NCBI GenBank assembly: GCA_963779755.1
Contig: CAVZZO010000001.1
Span: forward strand, 1,120,001-1,184,000
Source: an uncultured Gemmatimonadales bacterium
GTDB taxonomy: Bacteria > Gemmatimonadota > Gemmatimonadetes > Gemmatimonadales > GWC2-71-9
DNA length: 64,000 nucleotides
Reading direction: 5' to 3'
Shown: positions 18,564-28,430 of the stretch, in pieces
Layout of the letters: each line of letters opens with the position of its first letter
How positions within the stretch are numbered: the first letter of the stretch is position 1
Position numbers and translations under genes: made by a program
The notes under the pieces: generated by a model
What the model saw: the letters and a program-made list of their open reading frames with translations, nothing else
The model's database searches: none
Told to the model about the DNA's origin: nothing

Positions 18564-19954
18564 GCGCGCCCCCGCCTGTCGCCGTTCCGGCGGCCCGAAC
18601 CTGGCGCGCGCGCCTCAGGCGCGCACGCCGCGCCCACGGCCGCCGCGCCGCCGGCGAGCTGCTCACTGATGCATACATGCTGCTGTGGCTCGTCGTGGTC
18701 TACGGCGGGATCGCCGTTTCGACCCTGCGGCGCCACCTGGTGCTGGCCGCGGGTCCACCTCCCGCGGACCGGATCTGGATCGTCGCCGCCGCGCTGCTCC
18801 TGTCGGCCGGCCTGCTGCTGGGCGGCCTGCTCGCGCTGGGCCCGATGCTGGTGTCGGCCGCGGAACAGACCTGGGGGCTCTCCACCCCGATCAGCCGCCG
18901 GGGTTGGCTGCTGCCGCGGTCCGGATGGATGATCCTGGGCAGCGCGGCCGGTGCGGCGCTGCTGGCCGGCATCATCGCCCTGCTCGGATTCGGCAGCGGC
19001 ACGCTGCTGGCGGCGGGCGCGGGCGCCTGTTGGGGGGCGGCCGCCGTGGGCTGGGGCATTCTGGGCCAGGGAGATCGGGCTGTGCGGCGCCGGGTCCGCT
19101 GGGCCGGGCTGGTGCTGCTGGGAGGCGGCGCTGCGGCCGCGCTGGCGGGCGTGCTGCAGCACTATGGCGGACTGGTTGCCTCCCGGCCGGACCCGCGGGC
19201 CGGCAAACTGGCGGCGGCGTCGGCGGGGGTGCTGGCCGTGTGGGGCGTCGCGCGCGCGCTCGCACGTCTGGGGAAGCTTGATCGGGTGGCGCTGAGCGCG
19301 GGCGTCGAGGTGGCCGGTGCCGCGGCAACCGCCGCCGTGTGGATCGACCCGGCGCTGCTCGCGGGCACGCTCGATACCCGGCGCTGGCGCCGGGTCGGCA
19401 GCGTCAGAAGCCGGCCCTTCTTCCACCGGGTATCTGGCCGGGCGGCCGCGCTCTTCCAGGCCGATCTGCGGCGCGCCGGCCGCCGCCCGCTCCCGGTGGT
19501 GCTCTGGGCGGCGCTGGCCCTGGCGCAGTACGCGGTGGCGGTCGTCGCGCCGGCGGCGGCGTCCCTCACCTGGGTGATTGGCGCCTATCTCTCGGCCGGC
19601 CGGTTGACCTGGGGGCTCAGAACCGTCGCGAACGCGGGCGGCCTGCGGCGCGCGCTGGGCGGGAGCGACCGCCTGTTGCGCCTGGTTCATCTCGGGGTGC
19701 CCGGGGCGGCGCTGCTGCTCTGGTATCTGCTGACCTGGCCGGTCGCACCCCACGTCGGGCCCGCCGATCTGCTCATTCTGGGCGGCATCCTGGCCGCGGT
19801 ATACCGCGCGGCCACCCGCGGGCCCGTATCCTATGATACGGGCATGCTCGAGACTCCGCTGGGCCTTCTCCCCATCGGCCTGCTGCTGCAGCTGGCGCGC
19901 GGACCCGACGCGCTCGGCCTGGTGCTCATCGCGGAGCTGGTGCTGCGGCGCTGA
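18560..19954 (+). CDS. Polytopic membrane protein, probable ABC permease (DUF6297-like)
   Basis: GTGA overlap with the ATPase; about 10 hydrophobic segments; C-terminal ETPLGLLPIGLL..LARGPD. Family assignment from memory. Confidence 0.65.
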   Translation: MSAPPPVAVPAARTWRARLRRARRAHGRRAAGELLTDAYMLLWLVVVYGGIAVSTLRRHLVLAAGPPPADRIWIVAAALLLSAGLLLGGLLALGPMLVSAAEQTWGLSTPISRRGWLLPRSGWMILGSAAGAALLAGIIALLGFGSGTLLAAGAGACWGAAAVGWGILGQGDRAVRRRVRWAGLVLLGGGAAAALAGVLQHYGGLVASRPDPRAGKLAAASAGVLAVWGVARALARLGKLDRVALSAGVEVAGAAATAAVWIDPALLAGTLDTRRWRRVGSVRSRPFFHRVSGRAAALFQADLRRAGRRPLPVVLWAALALAQYAVAVVAPAAASLTWVIGAYLSAGRLTWGLRTVANAGGLRRALGGSDRLLRLVHLGVPGAALLLWYLLTWPVAPHVGPADLLILGGILAAVYRAATRGPVSYDTGMLETPLGLLPIGLLLQLARGPDALGLVLIAELVLRR

Positions 19955-20522
19955 CAGGCTCCAGGGTCACCTCGACCCCACGCCGCAGCGTCTGCAGGAC
20001 GACACAACTGTATTCCGCGGCCGCGAGCAGCCGGACGACATCGTCCCGGCTCACGCCGGCTTCGGTGTCGAGCGCTACGCGGCAGCGCATCCCCTGAAAG
20101 CCCACGCGGGTAGCGCGGTCTACCACCAGCGTGCCGCGCACATCCACCCGGCCGGTAACATCGACTTCCAGGCGCCGCAGGTGCAGGCCCATCCGGTCGG
20201 CGATCATCCGGGTGGTGGAATCGAAGCAGGCGGCGAGCGCGGCGCAGAGGATGTCGCCCGGATTGGGAAGGTCGTGATCGCCGCCCACCGCCCCGTGGAT
20301 GCCGTAGTCCCACGCGAGGCCATACTCCCGGCTGCCCGGCCGCAGCCGGCCGTGGACCGGGTCCAGGCCGGTACCGCCCTCGGCCACCGCCCGATCGGTG
20401 ATGAGGGCCGCCTCGGGTTGCACGCGGTAGCGGGCCCGCAGCGGCTCCTGCCGTTCGCGAACCCCGGGGCGGGGAAGGGTGGGCGTTTCCCCCTCCCCCT
20501 GTTCCCGCTTCCCGGCAGTCAT
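19926..20522 (-). CDS. OsmC/Ohr-family protein
   Basis: PNPGDILCAALAAC and AEYSCVVLQTL cysteine motifs. Confidence 0.8.
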   Translation of the reverse strand: MTAGKREQGEGETPTLPRPGVRERQEPLRARYRVQPEAALITDRAVAEGGTGLDPVHGRLRPGSREYGLAWDYGIHGAVGGDHDLPNPGDILCAALAACFDSTTRMIADRMGLHLRRLEVDVTGRVDVRGTLVVDRATRVGFQGMRCRVALDTEAGVSRDDVVRLLAAAEYSCVVLQTLRRGVEVTLEPVSAAAPAPR

Positions 20523-21604
20523 GGCTTCGCTTCCAGGATCATATTGAACGGCGTCTCGGTGGCTCGCCGGACCCGGGAGAACCCGGCCTTCCTGAGCAGC
20601 TGGGTGAGCCGGGCTTCACCGGCCTGAGCGCCCAGCGCGGCGGCGCCCTCCTGCGAGCGCGAGTTGGGGGTGCAGAGAAAGGTCGAAGCGGCGTAGAAGA
20701 GCCGGCTCACCGGATTGAGGTTGTCCTCCACCGCATCCCCGGCCCGGGGCTCCACCAGCAGCAGGGTACCGTCCGGGGCCAGCGATTGCCGGGCGTGGCG
20801 TGCCGCGCCCAGCGGGTCGCCCAGGTCATGCAGACAATCGAAGAAGCAGATCAGGTCATAGCCCGAACCGCTGAATTCCCGGGCCAAGGCGCGCTGGAAT
20901 TCGACCCGGTCGTCCACACCGGCCTCCTGCGCACGTTTCCGTGCCGTCTCGATCGAGCCCTGGTGGTAGTCGAACGCGCGGAACCGGGAGGCCGGGTAGG
21001 CCTCGGCCATCGCGATGGTCGAGGCTCCATGGCCGCAGCCCACGTCGGCTACCAGCGCCCCACGCCTGAGCTTGTCTTCAACCCCCTCCAGGGCCGGGAT
21101 CCACTCCGCGGCCAGGTGGGCGCGGTAGCCCGGGCGGAAGAGCAACTCGGTGCCCCCGAAGAGCCGGTGGTCGTGCTCGTGCCATCCCATGCCCTCGCCC
21201 GATCGGAAAACGTCCACCATCCGCTCCGCGTCCGCCCACATCGCGGCAATCACGTCGAAGCCGCCCACCAGGAAGAAGGGAGAGCTGGCATCGGCCAGCA
21301 ACGCCGCGTGCTCCGCGGGCAGGCAATAGGTGCCGCCTGACGGGTCGTAGTCGACGTATCCCCCCGCGGCCTGATTGTTGAGCCATTCCCGGATGTATCG
21401 TTCGTGCGTGCCGGTCTTCGCGGCCAGCTGCGCCGGGGTGAGCGGGCCGGCGCCGGCCATCGCCCGGTACAGCCCCAGCCGGTGTCCCACCAGCGTGAGC
21501 GCGCCGGACGCGACGGAGGCCATATCGCCCACGGCGCGGTGCAGGAAGGTCTCCAGCCGTGCGGGATCAACCGCGGGGGCGTCCGGTTGCATCTGTGTGG
21601 TCAT
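20519..21604 (-). CDS. Class I SAM-dependent methyltransferase with N-terminal winged helix
   Basis: GLYRAM…ERYIREWL, DVGCGHG, FDCLHD, LAPDG. Confidence 0.9.
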   Translation of the reverse strand: MTTQMQPDAPAVDPARLETFLHRAVGDMASVASGALTLVGHRLGLYRAMAGAGPLTPAQLAAKTGTHERYIREWLNNQAAGGYVDYDPSGGTYCLPAEHAALLADASSPFFLVGGFDVIAAMWADAERMVDVFRSGEGMGWHEHDHRLFGGTELLFRPGYRAHLAAEWIPALEGVEDKLRRGALVADVGCGHGASTIAMAEAYPASRFRAFDYHQGSIETARKRAQEAGVDDRVEFQRALAREFSGSGYDLICFFDCLHDLGDPLGAARHARQSLAPDGTLLLVEPRAGDAVEDNLNPVSRLFYAASTFLCTPNSRSQEGAAALGAQAGEARLTQLLRKAGFSRVRRATETPFNMILEAKP

Positions 21605-21747
21605 CTTGCCTCCTTGCGTCGGGGAAGTGTGGGCGCTCGCGGCGCCACCCGGACAGTGGGCCTGCGGCGCGGAGGCGACAATGACCGAAACGCCGGAAGT
21701 GTTGACCGGAACGCCGTGCGGTCCTATGGTGCGAGGGAGGCAGGTTC

Positions 21748-22770
21748 ATGGACGTACTCTCCGACGTACTTCGGGTCATTCATCTGCAGGGCGCCGTCTT
21801 CTTTACCGCCGATCTCTCCGGCCCCTGGTCGGTCGCCTCTCCCGAACCTGACCGGCTGGCGCGGCTCCTGGGGATTCGGGCGGAGTGCGTCTCGCTCTTC
21901 CACCTGGTGGTGGCGGGCCGCTGCTGGCTGGCCCTGGGCGGCGCGGAGCCGGTCGAGGCTCGCGCCGGCGATGTCGTCATCCTTCCCCGCGGCGATGCCC
22001 ACCGGCTGGGCAGCGATCCGTCGCTACCGCCTATCCGGCTCAAGTCCATCTTCTATACCTGGAGCGGTCCGGAGGTGCCCCGCCTCGCCCACGGTTCGGG
22101 GGGCGATCCCACCCGGCTCATCTGCGGTTACCTTCACTGCGACCAGCAGTTCAATCCTCTGGTGGGCGCGCTGCCACCGCTGCTGGTCGACCGGCCGGCG
22201 AAAGGGAGCATGCTCGCCGCCCCCGCCGCGGGGCGACCGAGCTGGCTCCGGAGCGATGGTCCGGATGCCGGCGGCGAATGGCTGGCGCGCACCTTTCGCC
22301 ACGCCGCCGAAGAGGCGGAGGCGCGGCGCCCGGGAAGCGCCGTCATGCTGCCCCGGCTGGCGGAGCTGATGTATGTGGAGGTGCTGCGGCGATATCTACG
22401 CCTGTTGCCGGCGGGGCAAACCGGGTGGCTGGCCGCGACCCGCGATCCGCAGGTGGGCCACGCGCTGCGTCTGCTGCACGAGAAGCCGGGCCATCGCTGG
22501 ACCGTGCCGGAGCTGGCCCGGGCCGTGGGTCTCTCCCGCTCGGCGCTGGGCAAGCGGTTCCAGGACCTGGTCGGCCAGCCACCGATGCGCTACCTGGCGG
22601 GTTGGCGCATGAACCTGGCGCAGCAGCTGCTGCGCCAGCCGGAGCTCAGCATTCCGCAGATCGCCGGTCGGGTCGGCTTTGACTCCGACGTTGCGTTCCA
22701 TCGCGCCTTCAAGCGTGCCGTCGGCTGTCCACCCGCCCGGTGGAGGGACGAGCAGAGGTCCAGGCACTGA
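21748..22770 (+). CDS. AraC-family regulator with Cupin_6-type N-domain
   Basis: MDVLSDVLR start; WTVPELARAVGLSRS…PPMRYL…VGFDSDVAFHRAFKR. Divergent from the methyltransferase. Confidence 0.92.
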   Translation: MDVLSDVLRVIHLQGAVFFTADLSGPWSVASPEPDRLARLLGIRAECVSLFHLVVAGRCWLALGGAEPVEARAGDVVILPRGDAHRLGSDPSLPPIRLKSIFYTWSGPEVPRLAHGSGGDPTRLICGYLHCDQQFNPLVGALPPLLVDRPAKGSMLAAPAAGRPSWLRSDGPDAGGEWLARTFRHAAEEAEARRPGSAVMLPRLAELMYVEVLRRYLRLLPAGQTGWLAATRDPQVGHALRLLHEKPGHRWTVPELARAVGLSRSALGKRFQDLVGQPPMRYLAGWRMNLAQQLLRQPELSIPQIAGRVGFDSDVAFHRAFKRAVGCPPARWRDEQRSRH

Positions 22771-22814
22771 GGGCGGGCTCTTCCACTCACCCGGCCCATC
22801 CGGCCCACTCGATC

Positions 22815-24197
22815 ATGCGCCTAACGACTCTGGTACTGCTGACGCTCGCTCCAGCCGTGCTTCAGGCACAGCAGCCGGGCTCCTTCGCAACCGACAGCGC
22901 GGTGCAGGCGCTGATCGATGCCCGCGCCGCGATGGTGCCCAACAGCGGCATCGTCATCGGGCTGACGGATGCCTCGGGACGCCGGGTGCTGGGCGCCGGT
23001 ACCGTCAACGGGCCCGGCACTGCGGCGCCCGATGGGGCCACCGTATACGAAATCGGCTCCGTCACCAAGACCTTCACCGCCACTCTGCTGGCCGAGATGG
23101 CGGTGCAGGGACAGGCCCGGCTGGACCAGCCGGTGGCGAAGCTGCTGCCCGACTCGGTGCACGTGCCGCAATACCAGGGTATTTCCATCACGCTCCTCGA
23201 TCTGGCGACGCAGTCGTCCGGATTGCCGAGGCTGCCGGACAACCTGAATCCCCCGGACATGGCGGATCCCTACGCGGACTACACGGCAGCCGATCTCTAT
23301 GCTTTCCTGAGTTCCTACGCCCTGCCGCGGGAGCCGGGGGCACGCTACGAGTACTCGAATCTGGGCGTCGGGCTGCTCGGCTTCGCCCTGGCCCGCCGCG
23401 CCAATACCGACTACGAACGTCTGGTCCGCGACCGCATCGCCGAGCCGCTGGGCATGAGCGACACGCGGATCATCCTCACCCCTGACGAGCAGGCCCGGCT
23501 GGCGCCGGGCCATGATATCGGGGGCGACATGGTGCCGAACTGGGACATGTCGGTGCTGGCGGGCGCGGGCGGGCTCCGCTCCACCGCGCGGGATATGCTG
23601 GCGTACGTGGCGGCCTACCTCGCCCCCGGGGACGACGACCTGGGCCGGGCCATGACCATGGCCGCCGAGCCCCGGCGCCCCACGACCATTCCCGGGATGC
23701 GCATCGGGCTGGCTTGGCACGTGCGGGAGCAGGGCGGGCGGGTCATCATCTGGCACAATGGCGCCACCGGCGGATACCATGCCTTCGCCGGATTCGATCC
23801 GGCCCGCCACCTCGGGGTGGTGATACTCACCAACTCGCAGCTCAGCGTAGACGACCTTGGCTTCCACCTGCTCGATCCCTCCATGCCGGTCACGCCGCCC
23901 TCGCTGCCGCCGCGCCGTACCGCGATCTCTCTGAGCCCGGCGGAGCTCGAGCCCCTCGTCGGGGAATATCAGCTCGCGCCGGGAGCCATTCTTTCGGTCA
24001 CCCGGGACTCTGACCAGCTCTATATCCAGCTCACCGGCCAGTCGCGTTTCCCGGTCTATCCCGAAACCGGTAGCCGGTTCTTCCTGCGGGTGGTGGATGC
24101 CGTGCTGGAGTTCGAGCGGGATGCCTCGGGAGAGGTGACGGCCGTGGTGTTGCACCAGAACGGCCGGGATGTGCGGGGGGTGAGAACGGAGAAGTAA
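22815..24197 (+). CDS. Secreted serine hydrolase (beta-lactamase class C fold, DUF3471-like C-terminal domain)
   Basis: Signal peptide VLQA|QQ; SxxK (GSVTK), YSN, HNG motifs. Confidence 0.9.
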   Translation: MRLTTLVLLTLAPAVLQAQQPGSFATDSAVQALIDARAAMVPNSGIVIGLTDASGRRVLGAGTVNGPGTAAPDGATVYEIGSVTKTFTATLLAEMAVQGQARLDQPVAKLLPDSVHVPQYQGISITLLDLATQSSGLPRLPDNLNPPDMADPYADYTAADLYAFLSSYALPREPGARYEYSNLGVGLLGFALARRANTDYERLVRDRIAEPLGMSDTRIILTPDEQARLAPGHDIGGDMVPNWDMSVLAGAGGLRSTARDMLAYVAAYLAPGDDDLGRAMTMAAEPRRPTTIPGMRIGLAWHVREQGGRVIIWHNGATGGYHAFAGFDPARHLGVVILTNSQLSVDDLGFHLLDPSMPVTPPSLPPRRTAISLSPAELEPLVGEYQLAPGAILSVTRDSDQLYIQLTGQSRFPVYPETGSRFFLRVVDAVLEFERDASGEVTAVVLHQNGRDVRGVRTEK

Positions 24198-24298
24198 TCT
24201 TCATCAGGCCTTCATGTATTCTTGGCTCTCCATCTTTATCCATCGTGCAGGGCCGGCTAGCTTGCTCACCGGCGCTTCTCCTCCAGGCGAGGACATTG

Positions 24299-25363
24299 AT
24301 GTCGGGCCTCTTCCGACAACTGCTGAGTGACGATGCCCCCGGAACCCGGAGCCGGATCACCGGGCTCTACCTGCTGCTGGCCCTGGCCAACATTGCGGCC
24401 TGGGGCTGGGCCTTCGCGGCCTTCCGGCACTATCCCCTGATGCTGGGCACGGCGCTCCTGGCCTACGGCCTGGGCCTGCGCCACGCCATCGACGCCGATC
24501 ACATCGCCGCCATCGACAACGTCACCCGCAAGCTGATGCAGGAGGGCAAGCGGCCGGTGGCGGTGGGGTTCTTCTTCTCGCTGGGGCACTCGACGGTCGT
24601 GGTGCTGGCCTCGGTGGCGATCGCCGCGACCGCCATGGCGCTGAGCAGCCGGCTGCAGGCCTTCCGCGGCGTGGGCGGGGTCATCGGGACCATCGTCTCG
24701 GCAGTCTTCCTGCTGGCGATCGCGGTGATGAACCTGTTCATCCTGGTGTCGGTCTATCGCACCTTCCACCGGGTGCGGCGCGGCGGCCGCTTTGTCGAGG
24801 AAGACCTCGATACCCTCATGGCCGGCGGAGGTCTGCTGGCCCGCATCTTCCGCCCGCTCTTCGGCATGATCCGCCGCAGCTGGCACATGTACCCGCTGGG
24901 GCTGCTCTTCGGGCTGGGGTTCGACACCGCCACCGAAATCGGCCTGCTCGGTATCTCCGCGGCCCAGGCGTCCCAGGGAATGCCGATCTGGTCCATCCTG
25001 GTCTTCCCCGCGCTCTTCACCGCGGGCATGTCGCTGGTGGATACGACCGACAGCGTCCTGATGCTGGGCGCCTACGGCTGGGCCTTCACCCGGCCGATCC
25101 GCAAGCTCTACTACAACATGACGATCACGGCCGTAAGCGTTCTGGTGGCGCTCCTGGTAGGCGGCATCGAAGCGCTGGGTCTGCTGGTGGACCGCTTCGA
25201 GCTGCGCGGCGGCCTGTGGAGCCTGGTCGAGACGCTGAACAACAACTTTGGTAGTGTGGGCTACCTGATCATCGGGGTCTTCCTCGGCAGCTGGATCATT
25301 TCCTCGGTCGTCTACCGCCTCAAGGGGTACGACCGGGTCGAACTGGTCCGCTCCGGCGACTGA
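24299..25363 (+). CDS. High-affinity Ni/Co permease, NiCoT family (HoxN/NixA)
   Basis: GLRHAIDADHIAAIDN, FSLGHS, LGFDTATEI signatures. Confidence 0.93.
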   Translation: MSGLFRQLLSDDAPGTRSRITGLYLLLALANIAAWGWAFAAFRHYPLMLGTALLAYGLGLRHAIDADHIAAIDNVTRKLMQEGKRPVAVGFFFSLGHSTVVVLASVAIAATAMALSSRLQAFRGVGGVIGTIVSAVFLLAIAVMNLFILVSVYRTFHRVRRGGRFVEEDLDTLMAGGGLLARIFRPLFGMIRRSWHMYPLGLLFGLGFDTATEIGLLGISAAQASQGMPIWSILVFPALFTAGMSLVDTTDSVLMLGAYGWAFTRPIRKLYYNMTITAVSVLVALLVGGIEALGLLVDRFELRGGLWSLVETLNNNFGSVGYLIIGVFLGSWIISSVVYRLKGYDRVELVRSGD

Positions 25364-25517
25364 ACACCCGGACGCCTTCTCCGTCGCCGTTCCCCCTCGC
25401 AACAATCCAGCACAGCATGATGTGGCTCACCGCCGCCGCCGGCGGCACACCCTATGTGTACCGGGTCTGATCGCGCCCGGAGGGCGCAACTCCGAAGCAG
25501 CGGATGGGAGGCGCCAG

Positions 25518-26081
25518 ATGAGACAGATCCGATATGCCCGGCGCCCCTTCTTGCGGCCCGGCGGCGAGGCTGAGCCGAAGGGGCTGGCCCTGGCCAGGAA
25601 ACAGGGAGAAACCTATCGCCGGACGGTGGAACACATGTCCCGGGAGGTCGCCCAGCGGGGACGGGCTCGCCGGGCGGGGGATTATACCATCGGATACGCG
25701 GTGGAAGAGGCGGAGGGGATGTACCATTTCGAAAACGGATTATTGCGTTGGGAAGAGCCGGCCGAGGGGGAGAATCTGCATGTGGAGGTGGTGGTGATGG
25801 ACGGAGCCGACGGCCGCTTCCTCCCCGGACTGGAAGTCTTCGTCACCCTGTTCGATGCCGAGGGGCACGAGATCGGTACCCATGCCCAGCCGTTCCTCTG
25901 GCACCCTTATCTGTTCCACTACGGCAGGAACTGGCGCCTGCCCGGCGACGGTGAGTACACCATCCGCATCCGGGTCGAGCCGCCCCGGTTCATGCGCCAC
26001 GACCGGGTGAACGGCGTGCGGTATACTGAACCGGTGGTGGTCGAGTTCACCGGGGTGGAGGTGAAGACCGGCCACGACTGA
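25518..26081 (+). CDS. P19/Fe2+-transport-like metal-binding protein, no signal peptide
   Basis: NLHVEV, HYGRN, GEYTIRIRVEPP, MRHD; SD GGAGG. Confidence 0.65.
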   Translation: MRQIRYARRPFLRPGGEAEPKGLALARKQGETYRRTVEHMSREVAQRGRARRAGDYTIGYAVEEAEGMYHFENGLLRWEEPAEGENLHVEVVVMDGADGRFLPGLEVFVTLFDAEGHEIGTHAQPFLWHPYLFHYGRNWRLPGDGEYTIRIRVEPPRFMRHDRVNGVRYTEPVVVEFTGVEVKTGHD

Positions 26082-26211
26082 GCGGCGCCCTCGATTCCGG
26101 GGCCTGGCAGTGGGCCCCGGACTCGCGCCCGCCCCTCCCATTCGGGCGTCGAGTGGCCTTTCTTTCGGCGTTCCCCTGAATCGCCGCTATTTCCGACATC
26201 CGGACTACCCT

Positions 26212-27843
26212 ATGCCCCGACTGACGCTCGTTGCCGCGGGTGCCATGCTGCTCGGCGCGATCGCGCCGCAGCTTGGTGCCCAGACGTTGCCCACCCACGA
26301 CCCCGTGCTCCAGCGGATCTACACCCTGGGCGAGGACAGTTCCCGGGTCCAGACGCTCTCCCAGGCCCTGTTCGATTCCATCGGGCCGCGGCTCATGGGC
26401 TCTCCCGATCTCCGGCGGGGCCAGGACTGGCTGCTCCGGATGTATCAGCGCTGGGGCATCGAGGCCCGCAACGAGAAGATCGGCACCTGGCGCGGATGGC
26501 GCCGCGGCTATTCGCACATCGATCTGGTGCAGCCGCGGGTGCGTTCGCTTGAGGGCACCATGCTGGGCTACAGCCCGGGAACGGGCGGCAAGGACCTGAC
26601 CGCCTCGACCATCATCCTGCCCCGGTTCGCCGACAGCACCGAATTCGTGCAGTGGCTGCCGCAGGCCCGGGGCAAGTTCATCCTGGTCTCCGCCCCGCAG
26701 CCTACCTGCCGGCCCAGCGAAGACTGGACGGAGAACGCCACGCCGGAATCCCGGGCCCGCATGGATAGCCTGCGCATGGCGTTGCGCCGGGAGTGGGGCG
26801 GCCGGAACGTGCGCGGCACCGGTTACAGCCTGGCCATCGGCACCGGCGAGCTCGGCCTGCGCCTGGAGCAGGGCGGCGTGGCGGGGATCCTTACCAGCCG
26901 GCCCAAGGACGCCTGGGGCACCTTCGAGGTGTTCGAAACCTACGACACGAAGGCGCCCGCCGTGGCGCTCTCCTGCGAAGATTACGGCCTGCTCTACCGG
27001 CTCACCGAGAACAACCAGCACCCGATGCTGCGGATGAACCTCGATGCCCAGCTGCTGGGCGAACAGCCGGTCTTCAATACCGTCGCCATGATCAGGGGCA
27101 GCGAGAAGCCCGATGAATACGTGGTGCTCTCCGCCCACTTCGATTCCTGGGACGGGTCCTCCGGCGCCACCGATAACGGGACCGGCACCATCACCATGCT
27201 GGAGGCGATGCGGATCCTGAAGCAGGCCTATCCCCATCCCAAGCGGACCATCCTGGTGGGCCACTGGAGCGGAGAAGAGGAAGGCGAGGTGGGCTCCAAG
27301 GCGTTCGCCGAGGACCATCCCGAAGTGCTGAAAGGCCTGCAGGCGCTGTTCAACCAGGACAACGGCACCGGCCGCATCGTCCGCATGAGCGCCGCCGGGC
27401 TGCCCGACGCCGCCGTGCATATCCAGCGCTGGCTGGACCAGATCCCGGCGGAATGGAAGGAGCGGATCCAGTTCAGCAACCCCGGCTTCCCCTCCGGCGG
27501 CGGGAGCGACGATTTCTCCTTCTCCTGCGCCGGGCTGCCCGCCTTCGGCCTGGGGGCCCTGCCCTGGAACTACTTCAACTATACCTGGCATACCAACCGC
27601 GACACCTACGACAAGATCGTCTTCGACGACCTGCGCGACAACGCCACCCTCACGGCCATGCTGGCCTACCTGGCCAGCGAAGATTCCACCCTGATCACCC
27701 GGGAGCGGGCCGATCTGGCGGAAGTGTTGAAGGCGCTGGAGAAGCGCGACTCCGCCATGGTGGCACGCCGCCGCTACATGTTCCCCACCACGTGGCCCGA
27801 GTGCGAGAAGGCGGCGAGGAGCACGGATCCACGGTTGAAGTGA
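26212..27843 (+). CDS. Secreted M28 peptidase (carboxypeptidase Q-like, PA domain)
   Basis: Signal peptide QLGA|Q; IGPRLMGS, SAHFDSWD, GATDNGTG, GEEEG, GSDD, WHTNRDTYDK. Confidence 0.9.
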   Translation: MPRLTLVAAGAMLLGAIAPQLGAQTLPTHDPVLQRIYTLGEDSSRVQTLSQALFDSIGPRLMGSPDLRRGQDWLLRMYQRWGIEARNEKIGTWRGWRRGYSHIDLVQPRVRSLEGTMLGYSPGTGGKDLTASTIILPRFADSTEFVQWLPQARGKFILVSAPQPTCRPSEDWTENATPESRARMDSLRMALRREWGGRNVRGTGYSLAIGTGELGLRLEQGGVAGILTSRPKDAWGTFEVFETYDTKAPAVALSCEDYGLLYRLTENNQHPMLRMNLDAQLLGEQPVFNTVAMIRGSEKPDEYVVLSAHFDSWDGSSGATDNGTGTITMLEAMRILKQAYPHPKRTILVGHWSGEEEGEVGSKAFAEDHPEVLKGLQALFNQDNGTGRIVRMSAAGLPDAAVHIQRWLDQIPAEWKERIQFSNPGFPSGGGSDDFSFSCAGLPAFGLGALPWNYFNYTWHTNRDTYDKIVFDDLRDNATLTAMLAYLASEDSTLITRERADLAEVLKALEKRDSAMVARRRYMFPTTWPECEKAARSTDPRLK

Positions 27844-27922
27844 GTCGTTGAACCCGAGTCGTTGGTCGTTAGTCGTTGGGTGAGGGCCGGGACCAACGAC
27901 TAATGACCAACGACTAACGACC
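27844..27922. repeat. Inverted heptamer arrays (GTCGTTR)n ... (YAACGAC)n
   Basis: GTCGTTGGTCGTTAGTCGTTGG and CCAACGACTAATGACCAACGACTAACGACC. Confidence 0.9.
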
Positions 27923-27968
27923 TATCTCCCTTGCCGTTGCAACCCGCAATAATTACCATCCCGCAACT

Positions 27969-28430
27969 ATGGCCACCACCCTGGAGCGCAGCGCCGGGCT
28001 GCTCCTCGATCTCGGCCCCCGGGTCGTCGATCTGCTGCGCGAGGACGTCCGCAGCCGGCTTCCCGGAGGGATCTCCCTGCCACAGTTCCGGGCGCTTGCC
28101 CTGGCGCGCCGGCGCCCGGGGTCGTCGCTCGGCGAGCTGACGCGGCAACTCGGCGGCTCGACCCCCGGCATGAGCCGCCTGGTGGAGGGCCTGGTCCGGC
28201 GCGGCCTCATGGCCCGTAGTCCCGTCCCGGGAGACCGGCGGCGGATTGCCTTGTCACTAACGCCCGCCGGCTTGCGTCTGGTGGAAACCGTCCGGCGGCG
28301 GGGCCGCCGGCGCCTCTCCCGTGTGCTGGCCGCCGTGCCGGAGCGGCATCGGACCGACATGGAGCGCACCCTGATCCGGCTGGTGGATGTGATCCGCAAC
28401 CATCCTCTCTCCCCGGCGGAACTCAGGTGA
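27969..28430 (+). CDS. MarR-family regulator
   Basis: SLPQFRAL, MSRLVEGLVRRGL, DRRRIALSLTPAG. Confidence 0.9.
   Translation: MATTLERSAGLLLDLGPRVVDLLREDVRSRLPGGISLPQFRALALARRRPGSSLGELTRQLGGSTPGMSRLVEGLVRRGLMARSPVPGDRRRIALSLTPAGLRLVETVRRRGRRRLSRVLAAVPERHRTDMERTLIRLVDVIRNHPLSPAELR

Noticed and set aside
22815..24197. Antibiotic-resistance beta-lactamase
   Set aside because: HNG instead of KTG plus the C-terminal accessory domain fit general serine hydrolases; resistance cannot be inferred.
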